Source: Octopus bimaculoides
Lineage: Eukaryota
Length of the DNA: 41,947 bases
Assembly (NCBI RefSeq): GCF_001194135.2
Contig: NC_068997.1
Location: forward strand, 56,076,237-56,118,183
Direction of reading: 5' to 3'
Positions 12,493-25,813 of the stretch are shown in pieces; within the stretch, counting starts at the first letter, position 1, and each line of letters starts with the position of its first letter. The notes beneath the pieces are model-generated. The model saw nothing but the letters and a program-made list of their open reading frames with translations, was not told where the DNA came from and ran no database searches. A program made the position numbers and the translations under genes.

Positions 12493-12836
12493 TTGGATTC
12501 CTTTATATTAGGCCCAAGTGTAGCAGACATTATATGAGAATGTTCGACTTTTGCTAATGCTCTGCAATGACTCTGAAAGAAGCTTCTCTGGAACCAGCTA
12601 ATAAAATATTGGTCAGACACCTTTTGTCTCTACACTTTCAAAAGTCTAACGAAAATATAAATGACTTCCTATAGAATTTAATTTTATTAGTTCATGACGG
12701 CAATTTAAAAGTGGAAGTGGCTGAAGGAAAATCATCATTTATAAGACAGCGTGTAGACATTATCAGGACCAGACTACTAGAGAATAAAATGGTAACACTA
12801 AATAATACCATCCAACAGGCAACTACTTTGGAATGA
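12493..12836 (+). mobile_element. Decayed LTR-retrotransposon Gag-like remnant
   Basis: Translation EPANKILVRHLLSLHFQKSNENINDFL*NLILLVHDGNLKVEVAEGKSSFIRQRVDIIRTRLLENKMVTLNNTIQQATTLE* resembles Ty3/Gypsy-type Gag (FARHLL...IRQRLLENK...QARALE) as I recall it. Stops and a frameshift are present. Confidence 0.6.
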
Positions 12837-13220
12837 ACAGAATTTAATACAGAATGATATCAAATATCTGCAGCTTCTGTGAAGACATCTTATGTTAATG
12901 AGGAAGACTTAAGTTGTAAGTTTAGACAATGTGCTGCAGTAAACTCTAAAACTCGTAGAACAAGCATTTTCTGTTGAGAGAACAAGCATTTTCATATGAC
13001 TTTGGGAGCCATCTTTGTAGTTTATGTCTAAAACTGTTTTTTTCTTTTTTTAGTAAGAGTTTTCTGAGAGATAAACTTGCTATTATTTATTGATTCAGTG
13101 GTAACACTTTTATGCATGTCTCTTGTACTTTTTTGGGCCACAGAACTCTAGTAATTTGAAATACAAAATAACACACACTTAAAACTATATTAACTTTTTA
13201 AAATTAATTTTAAAATAAGT

Positions 13221-13276
13221 CATCCTCCTCCTCTTCTTCCTCCTCCTCCTCCTCCTCCTCCTCCTCCTCCTCCTCC

Positions 13277-13324
<48 letters not shown>

Positions 13325-13530
13325 CATCATCATCATTATCATCCTTTTATGTCTGCTTGCCATGTTGGTAAGGGTTGGATAGATTGGCACAGTCCAGATC
13401 AGTTTAGATTCCCCAGATGTCTCACTTGTACATTTCAATCTTGGCATGAATTCCATGGTTAGATTCCCTTCTGAATATCAGTGACTCTACAGAAGACACT
13501 AAGTGCATTTTAACCGGGTGTCTACACTAG
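13221..13530 (-). mobile_element. Short RTE-tail element (family C) with (CAT)n/(TCC)n tail
   Basis: catcat tract followed by tgtctgcttgccatgttggtaagggttgga, then ttggcatgaattccatggttagattcccttc; parallels 16375-16565. Confidence 0.6.
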
Positions 13531-13544
13531 CAAAGTTGTTTAAT

Positions 13545-13615
13545 CACCCCAAAAGGATGAAAGGCAAAGTTGACCTCAGCAGAATTTGAACTGAGAATGT
13601 AATGGCAGACAAATT
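13545..13615 (-). mobile_element. Fragment of a second SINE family (family B); related pieces at about 2630-2650 and 6755-6820
   Basis: ccccaaaaggatgaaaggcaaagttgacctcagcagaatttgaactgagaatgt is the reverse complement of a B-box (gagttcaaat-like) followed by ctttgcctttcatcc, which also occurs on + at about 41608. Confidence 0.7.
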
Positions 13616-15513
13616 AAGAAACAGAGATATTTCTAGCTAATCACAAAACACTTGGTAAGAAGTTTTCTTGGCAAATGAAGGTATCTCTGAACAGCACAAA
13701 TTGAAACTAAAATGGTTAATAATTCTAATTCATTTTCTAATAAAAAGGAAAATAAATTCCAATTTCACTTTGCTCAGATAACATTTGAACCTAAGCAACT
13801 GAATATAGATATGAGATTCTAAATGTTTAGCAAAATTTAAATAAATTCCAGTACAACAGTTGAAGGCAAGTTTCTGTATAGAAAGTTGTGTCTGCAACAC
13901 AGTTTGAGACATAATGTGTTATGATTCTACGTGAATGTCATTGCAGAAATCAGTTTACATAAGATTTTAAAGAAAATATTTATATTTTATTCAAAAGTTC
14001 TTTCTATTTCAGAAAACATGACTATTTGGAGTTGAAAAAAATTTTCCTGCATATTTCTTGTTAGTGTCTGATTAGATATTTCCTTGCACTCACCAATTCT
14101 GGATTATTTTCTTCTAATTTTAACACCCTTCCTGTTTCTCACTATTTCTAGTTCCAATTCCATCAATCATTCTTTGGATATTATTTTCCTAGAATTTCTA
14201 AAATTATAATTCTCTGTAAATTCAAACAATTCAGACATTCCATTTAATTATTTTCATCTTCTTTCTTTTACTAACATCGTTCTTCTTACAGATTTTCTCA
14301 TTTTTCTAATCATTCAATTGGCCTTCTTCAGTTTTGTTTCTGTATTATAACATATCACAAATTCTCAGTTAAAATATAAATTTGAAATTCATTTTTGTTT
14401 CAAATCTTTACATTTACAAATGGCTTTATTACCAAATTTAAAAGCTACTCAAAGTCAGAAACTCATCTACTTTGGGTCTTGAAAATCACACCATTAAAAA
14501 AGCAGCCAATAGATAGGTCAGTTGATTTGCCTGGTGAGAAATTCAATGAGGTATATTAAGTTTTCATGCTCTCAGCAAGTATAACATTTACAAAAGAACC
14601 AATTATATAGTTTCCCCTGGTATTTACCAACTCTGCTATATACATTGGTGGTAGTTTATGGCCCAGAGTAGCATCTAATAAAATTACACTCTTATCAGTA
14701 GTTACAAGACAAAACTGATTGTAACATCCACGTACAATAGAGGAATTTCAATAAAAACTTTGAAATGATATAAGGCCACTAAAAGCGTCACAAATTCTCA
14801 GCCATTCAACTTCCTATGGAGAAGATGTATGGACAAAGCACAATGTGCATATTTCATGTTTTCCAATTATTAAATAGTTGATATATTGTGAAAACACCCC
14901 AGAGATATGTAGCTTGTTATAATTAAATGATAGAGAATGTGGAGAGAGTTAAACACAAAAGTTCCAGAAGTTAGGGGGAAAATGGTGAAATTCTAAACTC
15001 TAAATTCGTTTCTTCTAGAATTTGCTTAAATTTTTCCCAGACAGTAAAGAAACAGTTAAATATTGCAATATTGAATAGTCTTGAAGGAATGGTAAATGTT
15101 CAGATTATTTGGGTTGCAGCAATCAGTTCAGAAGTTTACTGGTGTAAAATAAAATACAAATTTCATTAATCCAAATTTTTATGATTTTATGAATGGGTTA
15201 TTGTTTTATAGATTTTTTTTCTTTTGTTTAAAATGTTACAGTGATAATCAATTCTTTTAGGCTTCTTTTGAAAACTGTCTTTTCCTGTTTGTCAGGATTA
15301 ATGATTTTAATTGCAAAGAATGCAACTAGATATTTTTCATACAAATTTCCAAAGAAGCAACCTTTTTATCAGTTTAATAGCCAACACATTTAAGAAGATA
15401 AAACATTAATAGAAAAAAGGAATTGCAAGTTGAAATCATAGATTCAAAGTGATGTCTGCTTATCTCTCTTAGCTCGACTATGATGACATTATCTCTCTCA
15501 GCAAGTAACAAAG

Positions 15514-15514
<1 letters not shown>

Positions 15515-15554
<40 letters not shown>

Positions 15555-15663
15555 NNNNNNNNNNNNNNNNNNNNNNNNNNNNNNNNNNNNNNNNNNNNNN
15601 NNNNNNNNNNNNNNNNNNNNNNNNNNNNNNNNNNNNNNNNNNNNNNNNNNNNNNNNNTGTGTG

Positions 15664-15712
<49 letters not shown>

Positions 15713-15727
15713 ATGTGTGCGTGTGTG

Positions 15728-15766
<39 letters not shown>
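15515..15766. repeat. (TG)n microsatellite spanning a gap
   Basis: Read directly from the sequence. Confidence 0.97.
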
Positions 15767-15772
<6 letters not shown>

Positions 15773-16367
15773 GCACATTAACGTTTATCTTAACTCCACA
15801 TATGAAAGGTGGGCATTACGTTTATGTTGTAAATGCTGTACAAAACGAAAGATAAGGTTTTGTCTGAAAGAAAGTTGCCGTGTAAGATGTTGCTACATAC
15901 AGAAGAAATGGGTCATAGAAATAAATATTACCAAGACAGAAATATTTGCAGCAAAAATTTCATGGCAAAAGTTGATTACCCCTCATATAGTCAATGTCTA
16001 CCCACAAGAATTTGGCTGAAACAAAACTAGCATAATTTTCTGTGTGAAGAACAACAAAAACCAAGGAAGATCAGTGAAGAAGACTGATTTTAGGATGGTG
16101 AATCTCATGAAAGAAATGATAAAGGATTACCTATTTTAACTGGGATGCTGTAGGGCAAAAGACTCTTCCGATCCATGCAAACATGGATAAACAGATGCCA
16201 AACGTTGATGAAAATAATGAGGTTCATGCTCATTAACAGCCAATTAACATTCTTCTGAGATACTTTCTAATTTTGCTTATCGTTCATTGGTCTTTACTTT
16301 GTATCTTATAACATACCTCAAATTCTCATCTGAAAACCACTACCACCACCAACAACAACAACAACAA

Positions 16368-16374
<7 letters not shown>

Positions 16375-16403
<29 letters not shown>

Positions 16404-16565
16404 TAGTATTGAACGTCTGCTTTCCATGCTGACGTGGGTTGGGCAGTTTGAGAGAGGATGAGTTGAGACTGCCCTGTTCTCTGTTTTGGCAGGGTTTCTT
16501 ACAGTTGGATGCCCTTCCTAGGGCTAATCACTTTGGAGTGTGTACTGGATGCCTTTTTTTTTTTT
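16375..16565 (-). mobile_element. Short RTE-tail element (family C), truncated by a gap
   Basis: (CAT)n, gaacgtctgctttccatgctgacgtgggttggg, then ggtttcttacagttggatgcccttcctagggctaatcac; its reverse complement matches the + strand copy at 40735-41018. Confidence 0.75.
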
Positions 16566-17967
16566 NNNNNNNNNNNNNNNNNNNNNNNNNNNNNNNNNNN
16601 NNNNNNNNNNNNNNNNNNNNNNNNNNNNNNNNNNNNNNNNNNNNNNNNNNNNNNNNNNNNNNNNNNNNNNNNNNNNNNNNNNNNNNNNNNNNNNNNNNNN
16701 NNNNNNNNNNNNNNNNNNNNNNNNNNNNNNNNNNNNNNNNNNNNNNNNNNNNNNNNNNNNNNNNNNNNNNNNNNNNNNNNNNNNNNNNNNNNNNNNNNNN
16801 NNNNNNNNNNNNNNNNNNNNNNNNNNNNNNNNNNNNNNNNNNNNNNNNNNNNNNNNNNNNNNNNNNNNNNNNNNNNNNNNNNNNNNNNNNNNNNNNNNNN
16901 NNNNNNNNNNNNNNNNNNNNNNNNNNNNNNNNNNNNNNNNNNNNNNNNNNNNNNNNNNNNNNNNNNNNNNNNNNNNNNNNNNNNNNNNNNNNNNNNNNNN
17001 NNNNNNNNNNNNNNNNNNNNNNNNNNNNNNNNNNNNNNNNNNNNNNNNNNNNNNNNNNNNNNNNNNNNNNNNNNNNNNNNNNNNNNNNNNNNNNNNNNNN
17101 NNNNNNNNNNNNNNNNNNNNNNNNNNNNNNNNNNNNNNNNNNNNNNNNNNNNNNNNNNNNNNNNNNNNNNNNNNNNNNNNNNNNNNNNNNNNNNNNNNNN
17201 NNNNNNNNNNNNNNNNNNNNNNNNNNNNNNNNNNNNNNNNNNNNTGTGTGTGTGTGTGTGTGTGTTTAAATTCATCAATATCTTTCAGTGTTTTGAAATT
17301 CACAGTCACCATGTAGCAATGTCATGCTAATTTAGATATTAATTGACTTCACTAATTTCACCCAATTATTCCCAAATATGAATAGGGAATTTTTAAAAAC
17401 TCCCACCTCCCCACCTCTGAAATATAAATCTTAAAATCTGCTTAACGCTCTCTAAGCTGATGCATTTAAAAAAAATCTTAACAATATTTATTTTAACACT
17501 CTAAATTAATATTTTATATAAGATTGCTAGAATATATGAATGTAGCAATCAATACGAAACTGATAAATTCGTTCAGAAACTAAATCTTACCAATATTTCT
17601 GAATTTATTTTCATTGTAATCCAACTATGCTTAATAGCCGATTCATTTCAAATGATTGCAATATTACTAAAAATTCCTCGAAGCCAAAGATATTAGAATT
17701 ATGAAGCAAAATTTGACATTTTTACAATATATTTCACTTTTATTTATTTTTGTGATTTCCTCTTATTGTTGTTTTTTGTTTTGTCTTATTTTTCATATGG
17801 GTTCTTTCTTCGTTTATTTTGGCTCAAATGTTGAAACCATCTGTTGAGAGAGTCTCAGAAAACAGAGTCTTGGCATTTAATAACATTCAGTATATATTAA
17901 TCTTTATAATAGAATTATTTTTGTTTCAATAACAACTAATGCCAGCTTCTCTGGATAGGCAATGCAT

Positions 17968-18017
17968 CAAAGTTGCTTCTTCCTTCCTTTCTTTCTTCCT
18001 TCCTTCCTTTCTTTCTC

Positions 18018-18061
<44 letters not shown>

Positions 18062-18126
18062 ACATCATATGGAACTGATGCAGCCATAGATTAGATCAAT
18101 GAATATNNNNNNNNNNTTTCTTTCTC

Positions 18127-18182
<56 letters not shown>

Positions 18183-18262
18183 ACATCATATGGAACTGAT
18201 ACAGCCATAGATTAGATCAATGAATATCAAAGTTGCTTCTTCCTTCCTTTCTTTCTTTCTCT
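17968..18262. repeat. Tandem unit: caaagttgcttcttcc + (TTTC)n + 47-bp unique core, two cores around a 10-N gap
   Basis: ttacatcatatggaactgat(g/a)cagccatagattagatcaatgaatat at 18060-18106 and 18181-18227 (one mismatch). The unit start recurs at 17968 and 18228. Confidence 0.9.
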
Positions 18263-18329
18263 CTTGTTTTTTTCATGCAAACGCTAAAAATCAGCCATTT
18301 TTGCCTTTTGTTTCACCTTCAAAACTTAC

Positions 18330-18356
18330 GTATTCAAATATCAAATAATAATTTTC
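18330..18356 (-). CDS. Candidate 27-nt micro-exon (ENYYLIFEY), gene unknown
   Basis: Minus-strand acceptor tttatttattttcactcaatcag and perfect donor TAC|GTAAGT. Frame-preserving, phase 0-0. Confidence 0.3.
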
Positions 18357-18499
18357 CTGATTGAGTGAAAATAAATAAATAAATAAATAGAAATAAAAAA
18401 AAACATACAATAATAATAAGTATAATACTATAAAAATATAAAAATCTACTTTGGCTTTTGATGCTGTCTGAATATTGCTATTAATAATAACACCAACTC

Positions 18500-18645
18500 T
18501 ACCACCACCACCGCTGCCGCCGCCACTACTACTGCTGCCACTGCTGCTGCTGCTGTTGTTGCTACTACTACTACTACTACTACTACTAATAATAATAATA
18601 ATAATGATGATGATGATGATGATGATGATGATAATAATAATAATC
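18500..18645. repeat. Compound triplet microsatellite (CAC)(CGC)(CTG)(CTA)(TAA)(GAT)
   Basis: Read directly; explains the poly-I/S/G and poly-L/M ORFs in the track. Confidence 0.95.
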
Positions 18646-21600
18646 ACAGCTGCAGCCACAGTGGCTGGAATGGAAATGGCACCAGCTGCAAACAATTTTG
18701 GTTTTACTTAGTGTTTGGAATCAAAGACAGTTTCTTTCTCTATTGTTTCTACAAAACAATGATTGAAAGAATGGTTAGGCTTTATGTAACGGTGATTATT
18801 ATGATGGGTTTAATATACATAATAGAGATTTTATCTAGACTGGAGATGAAGACTGTCAAGAATCTTCCAGAAAACGGTATCTTATGTACTTCACTCGAAA
18901 GAAACATTTATTTACATTTTCCAGCTGGAAATAATTTTATTCAGAAAGAGTAACTATTTAAAATTTCAGGCATTTGTTTATTTGAAATATTGAGAACATA
19001 TGCACTGATAATTTCGGTGCTTATTCCAAAGGAAGACTTATTCTGTTTAAGAAGATATGCTTTACTGTCCTTAGAATTCATAAAGAGCTACCAAAGGGAG
19101 TCTCTATCTGGTCCCTTGGTCTGCTAGAAATAGAAGCCAAATATCCCTTGAATTACAAATGAACCATTTCAGAAACAAAGAGTACATTGGATAAGGAAGT
19201 TCTTAGTTCTAGATCCAATATTTTGAAATAAGAGACAGTATAGTCTCGGGCAAAAATGCCATTGTTCAAAGTCTGCTTGATTATGGCTCATCTTCACTAC
19301 AACTAATCGAAAATCATTCTCTATAAAAAGAAATAATTCAGAAAATTCAAGTTTTAATTTAATGTTAAGTTTTGAATTTTAATGAATATTTCACAAAAAC
19401 AACTGGAATTTAAAAAAAAAAAAACAGAGTTTACGTCAGTGTAGAATTTGAACAAAAGATCTGTTGTAGTCCACTTTACCCAAATAAACCAAACTAAAAA
19501 CTTGACAAATCTTTTTTATTATAATAGGAACCAATGTTGTCTTCAAGAAATTGTTTGTATGAATGATAAAAACCCTCCAAATGTTTGCATTATTAGTTTG
19601 GTGAGTAATAAGAGATAAAAGATTTTATAATTTTTGGTTTGATTCTTGGAAATAAATTATTTGAACAAGTTTTACTCATTAATATTGAAATTGAAATTTG
19701 AGTACACATAGGAATGCATATCTTTGTTTTAGATGCCTTGTATGCTACCATGTTTAATATCTTACTTCTTGAAGACTTTTATTAGAATTCTCTCTGGTGC
19801 CAATATTTAGACTAAAACTCCTTTTCTTTCTTTTTTTTCTTTCTTTCTCGTAGATACTGACTCACAGATGTTCTGGATGAAAATCAATGTCATCTGTTTC
19901 ACAATTCAGAAAATTCAGGCCTGGCATCAGTAATATCACTCTCTGTCTGTATTTTAACCTCATCAGTCACAACAATCAGAAAGGATCTGCAAATAGCATT
20001 TCGCAGTCTGTCTGCCTTTTTTTCTGACCAATTTCTACAAAAAATTTAAACAATAAGGACAAAGCATGTAATATAAATTGCAGAGTTTTTGAAAAGTTTT
20101 AACTTACTTTTCATTCATTTAAAGCTAAAACTTGAATGTCTTTTGACAGACGTGAAGAAGAAGAATAAATGAAGAAAATGTAAGATTTTAGTTGATAAAC
20201 AGATAAACAGAAAAATATATGATTGAAACTAATCGAACAAGATTTTAAGGATTTGGCCAAAGAATTAGGAGGATATTATCTAGAAAACTAACTTCCCTGT
20301 TTTAGAAGATTGTGCAAACCAATATTAAGCTAAAAAGATGATATAAACAATAATATATTACTCTCAATATTTTCTTCAAAAAATTCAAAAAATAGTAAAT
20401 TGACCAATTTTCGAAAATCATTCCAATTTAGTTGTAGTAAAGTAATTTAATGTTTTAAATTAAACAAAGTACTGGATTAAAAAGTGAAATCTGAAAGTAA
20501 TCAAAAGAGTTTGGATTTGAATTTATAGGAAAATCTAAATTGAAACAAAATAGTTATTTCCAATCCTTCTCTGAAATGTCTAATTCTTTCCACAAATTAA
20601 ATTAGAAACTGATTTGAAAATGAGAAATGTGTTAAGACTGAGAAGCAGCAGATAGGCAAATGATATTGGATGATATAGAAAGATGGATTGCCATCAATGA
20701 CAAGATGAAAAGATTTATTTTCTCACATAACTCATCATGTTTTGATATTAAAATAGACATCTTTCTTTTAAATATTTTCTCTAAAACAATCCAAATAATA
20801 ACTTAGTGATGTTGCTACCTTATCATCTGGTCATATCCAAAGCTAATAAACCTGTATTAAAATTACAAAACTGCAACATCAAAAATAAAATTTCTGAAAG
20901 AAATTCAGATTTATTTCAATCAAAACTGAATCATTATTTATTACAATTTAAATAACTAAAATCATTTAAGTAAAACAAAAGTAAAGATTTCCACATATTT
21001 GCTCAGATATATTGATAACACGTTAAACAGGAAAGATTGGATTTAGCATCTTTGACAAAACTATTATTTGCTCTCCAAAACAGAATCTAATCTAAAACAT
21101 GCAAGACAAACCTTATTCAAATTAATAATGAAATTATCTATAAAATATCAAAACATGTCTGAATTATCATTTATAAATTATGTGCAGAAATGGAAACTGG
21201 AATCATAGTTTAGTTGCATATCTGAGCAGGAATTCTTTAACAAAGTTGCTTTGCAATTAGTTTACATGTACAAAAACATTAAAATATAAAAATAAACAAT
21301 AAAATACACAAAGAGAAAATCAAATAAATTTGTAGACATCAATACTTGAATTTTATTGAATTATGATGCTTGTAATTTTAGACAGCACAGTGTATAAGTT
21401 GCAAAGTAGGAGAGATTGATTGAACAAGTATTGATTATTAGATTGATAAAAATGTATAAATGATAAAATTTGTTATTGGCAATATAATAAAATTCAGAGC
21501 AACATTCACTGCTTTCTTTCTTATCTCTAACTAAATCAACATATGTATTACATACACAAAAGTGAAATAAATTTCACAAGGACTGCAGTAAGACATTAAT

Positions 21601-23204
21601 CAAATTGACATTGATTATATACAATTATATTAATTAAGGCTCAATCCTTGCTTCTTCTATGATACCCATGAAAATCATATTGCATCTTATCAAAAATATT
21701 AAATGTTATTATTGGTACCTCAACTTTCTTTCAAATTATTGCCTTGCTATAAGACATCCTATATTCTTTTACTCTTCACCAGTTCACATAAGTGAAACAA
21801 ACTTAGAAAGGTATTTCAGTGCTTATGTATAGGAATAACTTTTTGTACCAAACTTTTCCCAACCTGTATTTAATACAACAGCATTACCAAAATAATCAAA
21901 TAAGATTGTTTTCTCTAAAGCACAAATAAGGATGTTGATAAACATTTTTCTTATGGCCTTCTTTATAATTAATTAGTGTTAATTAAGTGTATTGCAGCAA
22001 ATTTGATTTAAAGCAGACAATATTAGAATTATTTAAACATTCTACCATTCTTGAATTTATATTTCTATGGAGATACAAAAGGAACTTATTTAGAACAGGT
22101 TTGGACAACTTCTCATTAGATGTAAAAGCCACCCATTTGGCTCCTTGTGGAGTTAGTGATGTTTAAAAAAAAGGGGGAGAAATCTCATCATGACTATGGC
22201 AAGCCCTCTCCAACTGGTAACATATGATGGGATTAATTTTCTGTTTAAATCTCTGTCGAGAGAGTAAAACGTTGATAGGGAGAGAATTCCTATGGTATTA
22301 GTTCTGTAGAGAAAGCGTTTAGTGGTGGGTTTATCGGCTAAATCACAAAGATACCAAAAAGACTGAAGCTGGGTGCAACAGGTGGTTTTTTGCTGCAGTG
22401 GAATGCAACTCTATTCAGAAGAGATCAATAAAAAAGAAACTTACAAAACAGCATGTTTGTGTCACTTGTTGCAATATGTGAGGGAAGAAAAGAAAAGAAT
22501 AATCTATAAACAATCAGTTGGAATGATGGAAGATGTGCTCAATAATTTTTTAAGTATATCTTCAGGATTTGTGAGACAAACTTATTAAGACATTTCTTTA
22601 TTGCCAAATAACCTTCAACAGCAATTTCTCTCTGTTCTGTTTGACTTGGGATTAAACAACAACTTACACTGTCAATATTTAAATTGGTTTTTATCTTTTA
22701 ATTTATAATATATCTATTATTTAACTTTGTTTTTTTTTTATCCTTAGACACTACATTGACAGTTATCGGCTTTCACTTATATAATTCATACAGTTAAATT
22801 GTGTTTATCACTAAGTAAACAAAATATATTTCGGATGATTCAGTGAATTGTAATGGTGAGGGTTATGAAACAAGTCGTTTATTAAAATCTGACACCACCA
22901 TTATCAACTGGTTCCATTTTAGAAATATAAATGTTAACTCCATGATTTATTCATGGCAAAAATCAAATCTGAGAGGAACAGGATATTCTTTGAGTATTTA
23001 TATATAAGTCCCAACTTCATTTACAAAATGATGACAGAAAGGTTTGTTTCAATCTCTCTCCAAATGACAGCTGCTGCCCTTTATTCAATACTACAACATC
23101 AAAAGAATGTGACTCATGCCAACATCGCTTCCATTTTGTTGGATTGGAGTCATTCTAAAACATGAAATAATCAAAAAATGAAAGTTTTCTCTTCTCTCTG
23201 CTTT

Positions 23205-23550
23205 ACTAGGGACTTTTGCTCCTTATAGCCAATAATCAACATTTAGGTGCTTGGATGAAGACCTTCCTAGTTGCTAATACTGTCATAAATTATGAATGGT
23301 GGTCACATTGAGAATGGGTCTTGGTATTTGTGTTCCGTGCAAATGTCATTGTGGAAAGTCCCTGGATTACTTGGAATTACATGGACTTTCTTGCCATTTA
23401 AACTCTGGTAGAGTTCCAAGATATTTAGGCATCAAAAAGACAACAAAAGAGGTATTTGCCTCAGTCAATGTTGCATCTGTTCTGGAATTGGTTGGTTTGT
23501 CTCATATTGCAAAAAAAAATTAAAAATTAAAAAAACAAAAATTAATAATA

Positions 23551-23581
<31 letters not shown>

Positions 23582-23870
23582 CGATAAATAAAGATGAAAG
23601 ATGGTATCGCATTGTATCTTTGGAGTAAAAAAAACTCTGTCTCCATTCTGGAATAGAACTGTAGTAGATTCTTTTGCTGCAGGTCATGTGTTTTTCCCAC
23701 TTTATCAGCAGAACAAGCAAACATTTTCAAACATTCAAATTATCTCCTAACAATTATCATTTTTCATTCTTTTACTTTTGAAACCAGTGGTGTTTGTGGT
23801 CTTGTAACAGAATCACATTTGTCTGACATTGGTTTAAAGTCATTGCAATACCTGGGAAACAACAGAAGAA
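23205..23870 (+). mobile_element. Decayed CRE-like (restriction-like endonuclease clade) non-LTR retrotransposon C-terminal fragment, split by a microsatellite at about 23520-23590
   Basis: HLGAWMKT (23240), then LRMGLGICVPCKCHCGKSLDYLELHGLSCHLNSGRVPR (C-x-C...H-x3-C knuckle), SVLELVGLSH, VDSFAAGH, ETSGVCG (23780-23800) and IAIPGK (about 23842). The order matches the recalled CRE-type GAWL...LRLG...C.CG...HGLSC...GR.PRH...LEP.GL...ETLG.WG...IAIQRGN. Confidence 0.75.
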
Positions 23871-25517
23871 GAAGATACATAGCCCCACAAGAGAAACATG
23901 CTAACCATTGTATGAAGTAACGTTGACAGTGTCCTTTCTTGTCCCCACTAATCTATTTTATAAGTGAATTGTTTTTTCCCCCTTTATTGCTTTCTCCATA
24001 TATTTTACACAAACTGTCAGTATGTAAGACCAATGGGATGTAAGACATGGTGAATAATTCAACATTGTAATGCCAGTAAATGGTTATATATCAATATACT
24101 CAACAAACAATCCTATGCTTAGTTGTTTGGCTGAAACTCATTCATAGCAGCAGCATCACTGACACCAAAGTTGCAGAAAACACACAGATTGGGAAATAAT
24201 CTACACACCAAAAACAAGAGATACCACATACATATACACCTTTTTGGGAAATACAGAAACAATATTTCCTTGTAGCTACTTTCTGGTAGTTGTTCAAGCA
24301 AAATAAACAATGATTCGATTTTATTGTCTACAAGCACTGTTTTCAAATTCTTATGTCCAACCCATGCCAGCCTGGAAAACACACGTTAAATGATGAAGTC
24401 AGGATCCAGAAGCACTGAACTCAAAATTTTTAAGAGCTCGATGGGCATAAAACAGGCTTGTGGACAACAAGGACTAAGTTGGAATGATAACAACAGGAAC
24501 ACAAGGAAGTTGACCCCTAGCAAAGTGTACAGCTACAACATAAGATCTCAAGGTGCAGTAAATAATGGGAGTTACTTTCAAAACCCTTCAAACTTCTCAT
24601 TTATTGAAAAGCCTAACGTTATTAAATGCACAACGGAAAAAAAAAAAGAATTAAGGTTATAAATATTTTAAATCAATACAAAATTTTTACTGAAATCCCT
24701 ACGAATATAGAATTTTATTCATTGTAATGTTTACAGACAATCAAGCAAAGACATAGCCTGGTTCGAAAGTTAATAGAAGCAGAAACATGAAAAAAGGCAC
24801 TGTGACACATACCAAACAAATTTTAACTCATTTCGCTTATATTACACGAAATATTCCATTAGTTATAATATACATAATTGTATTCTACACTCATTAATTT
24901 CTTGTTTCAATAACAATGTCATAGTGTACGAAACTTACAACCAATGATTTAGGTGTGACATGAAAAAAAGATGAAACTCCGTAGGATCATCCAGGGTCAA
25001 AAGGTTATGACGTCAAGGTTTGTTTCCGTTCTTCAGATGTCAGCAGCCACCAACATTTCACAGGAGATTGAGCTGGAAGTTAAAAAAACACGGGAGGTTG
25101 ATCAAATAAAGTAACGACTCCAGAAAGTTCTTCCAAAGCCATGATTAATGAAAAAAACAAAGAGATTTGACTTTTATTGCATAACGAGTTAAAAAAAATG
25201 AAAAGGTGCCAATTTTGAAAAATGTGCTCGGTGAGAGCGGTCGTAACCCTTGCTCCCTATTAGCTATGCGACTGATGGTATGTGTTTGTGTAAAATATAC
25301 TTAGGAACAACTAGATCCTGAGTTATATCAAATAATAAGTAAATCTTTAAACCATTAATTATGATTAAAATACAACTATTTCAGCCACACTTGGAACAAT
25401 AGTGTATCAGGTTATTGTCAGAGATCAGAAGTTGTGAATTTTTAAACTCTTTGAGGAAATTAAAAAGAAGAAAATACTTAAACTGAGTAGATAAATATTC
25501 TAGCCTTCAGTGGAACT

Positions 25518-25550
<33 letters not shown>

Positions 25551-25782
25551 NNNNNNNNNNNNNNNNNNNNNNNNNNNNNNNNNNNNNNNNNNNNNNNNNN
25601 NNNNNNNNNNNNNNNNNNNNNNNNNNNNNNNNNNNNNNNNNNNNNNNNNNNNNNNNNNNNNNNNNNNNNNNNNNNNNNNNNNNNNNNNNNNNNNNNNNNN
25701 NNNNNNNNNNNNNNNNNNNNNNNNNNNNNNNNNNNNNNNNNNNNNNNNNNNNNNNNNNNNNNNNNNNNNNNNNNNNNNNNNN

Positions 25783-25813
<31 letters not shown>

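Noticed and set aside
14045-14200. Minus-strand GTGAGT donor after ETGRVLKLEENNPEL
   Set aside because: In-frame stops immediately upstream and no acceptor.
25039-25112. Plus-strand exon-like segment MSAATNISQEIELEVKKTREVDQI
   Set aside because: Acceptor is plausible but the donor is weak, and there is no recognisable homology or linked exon.
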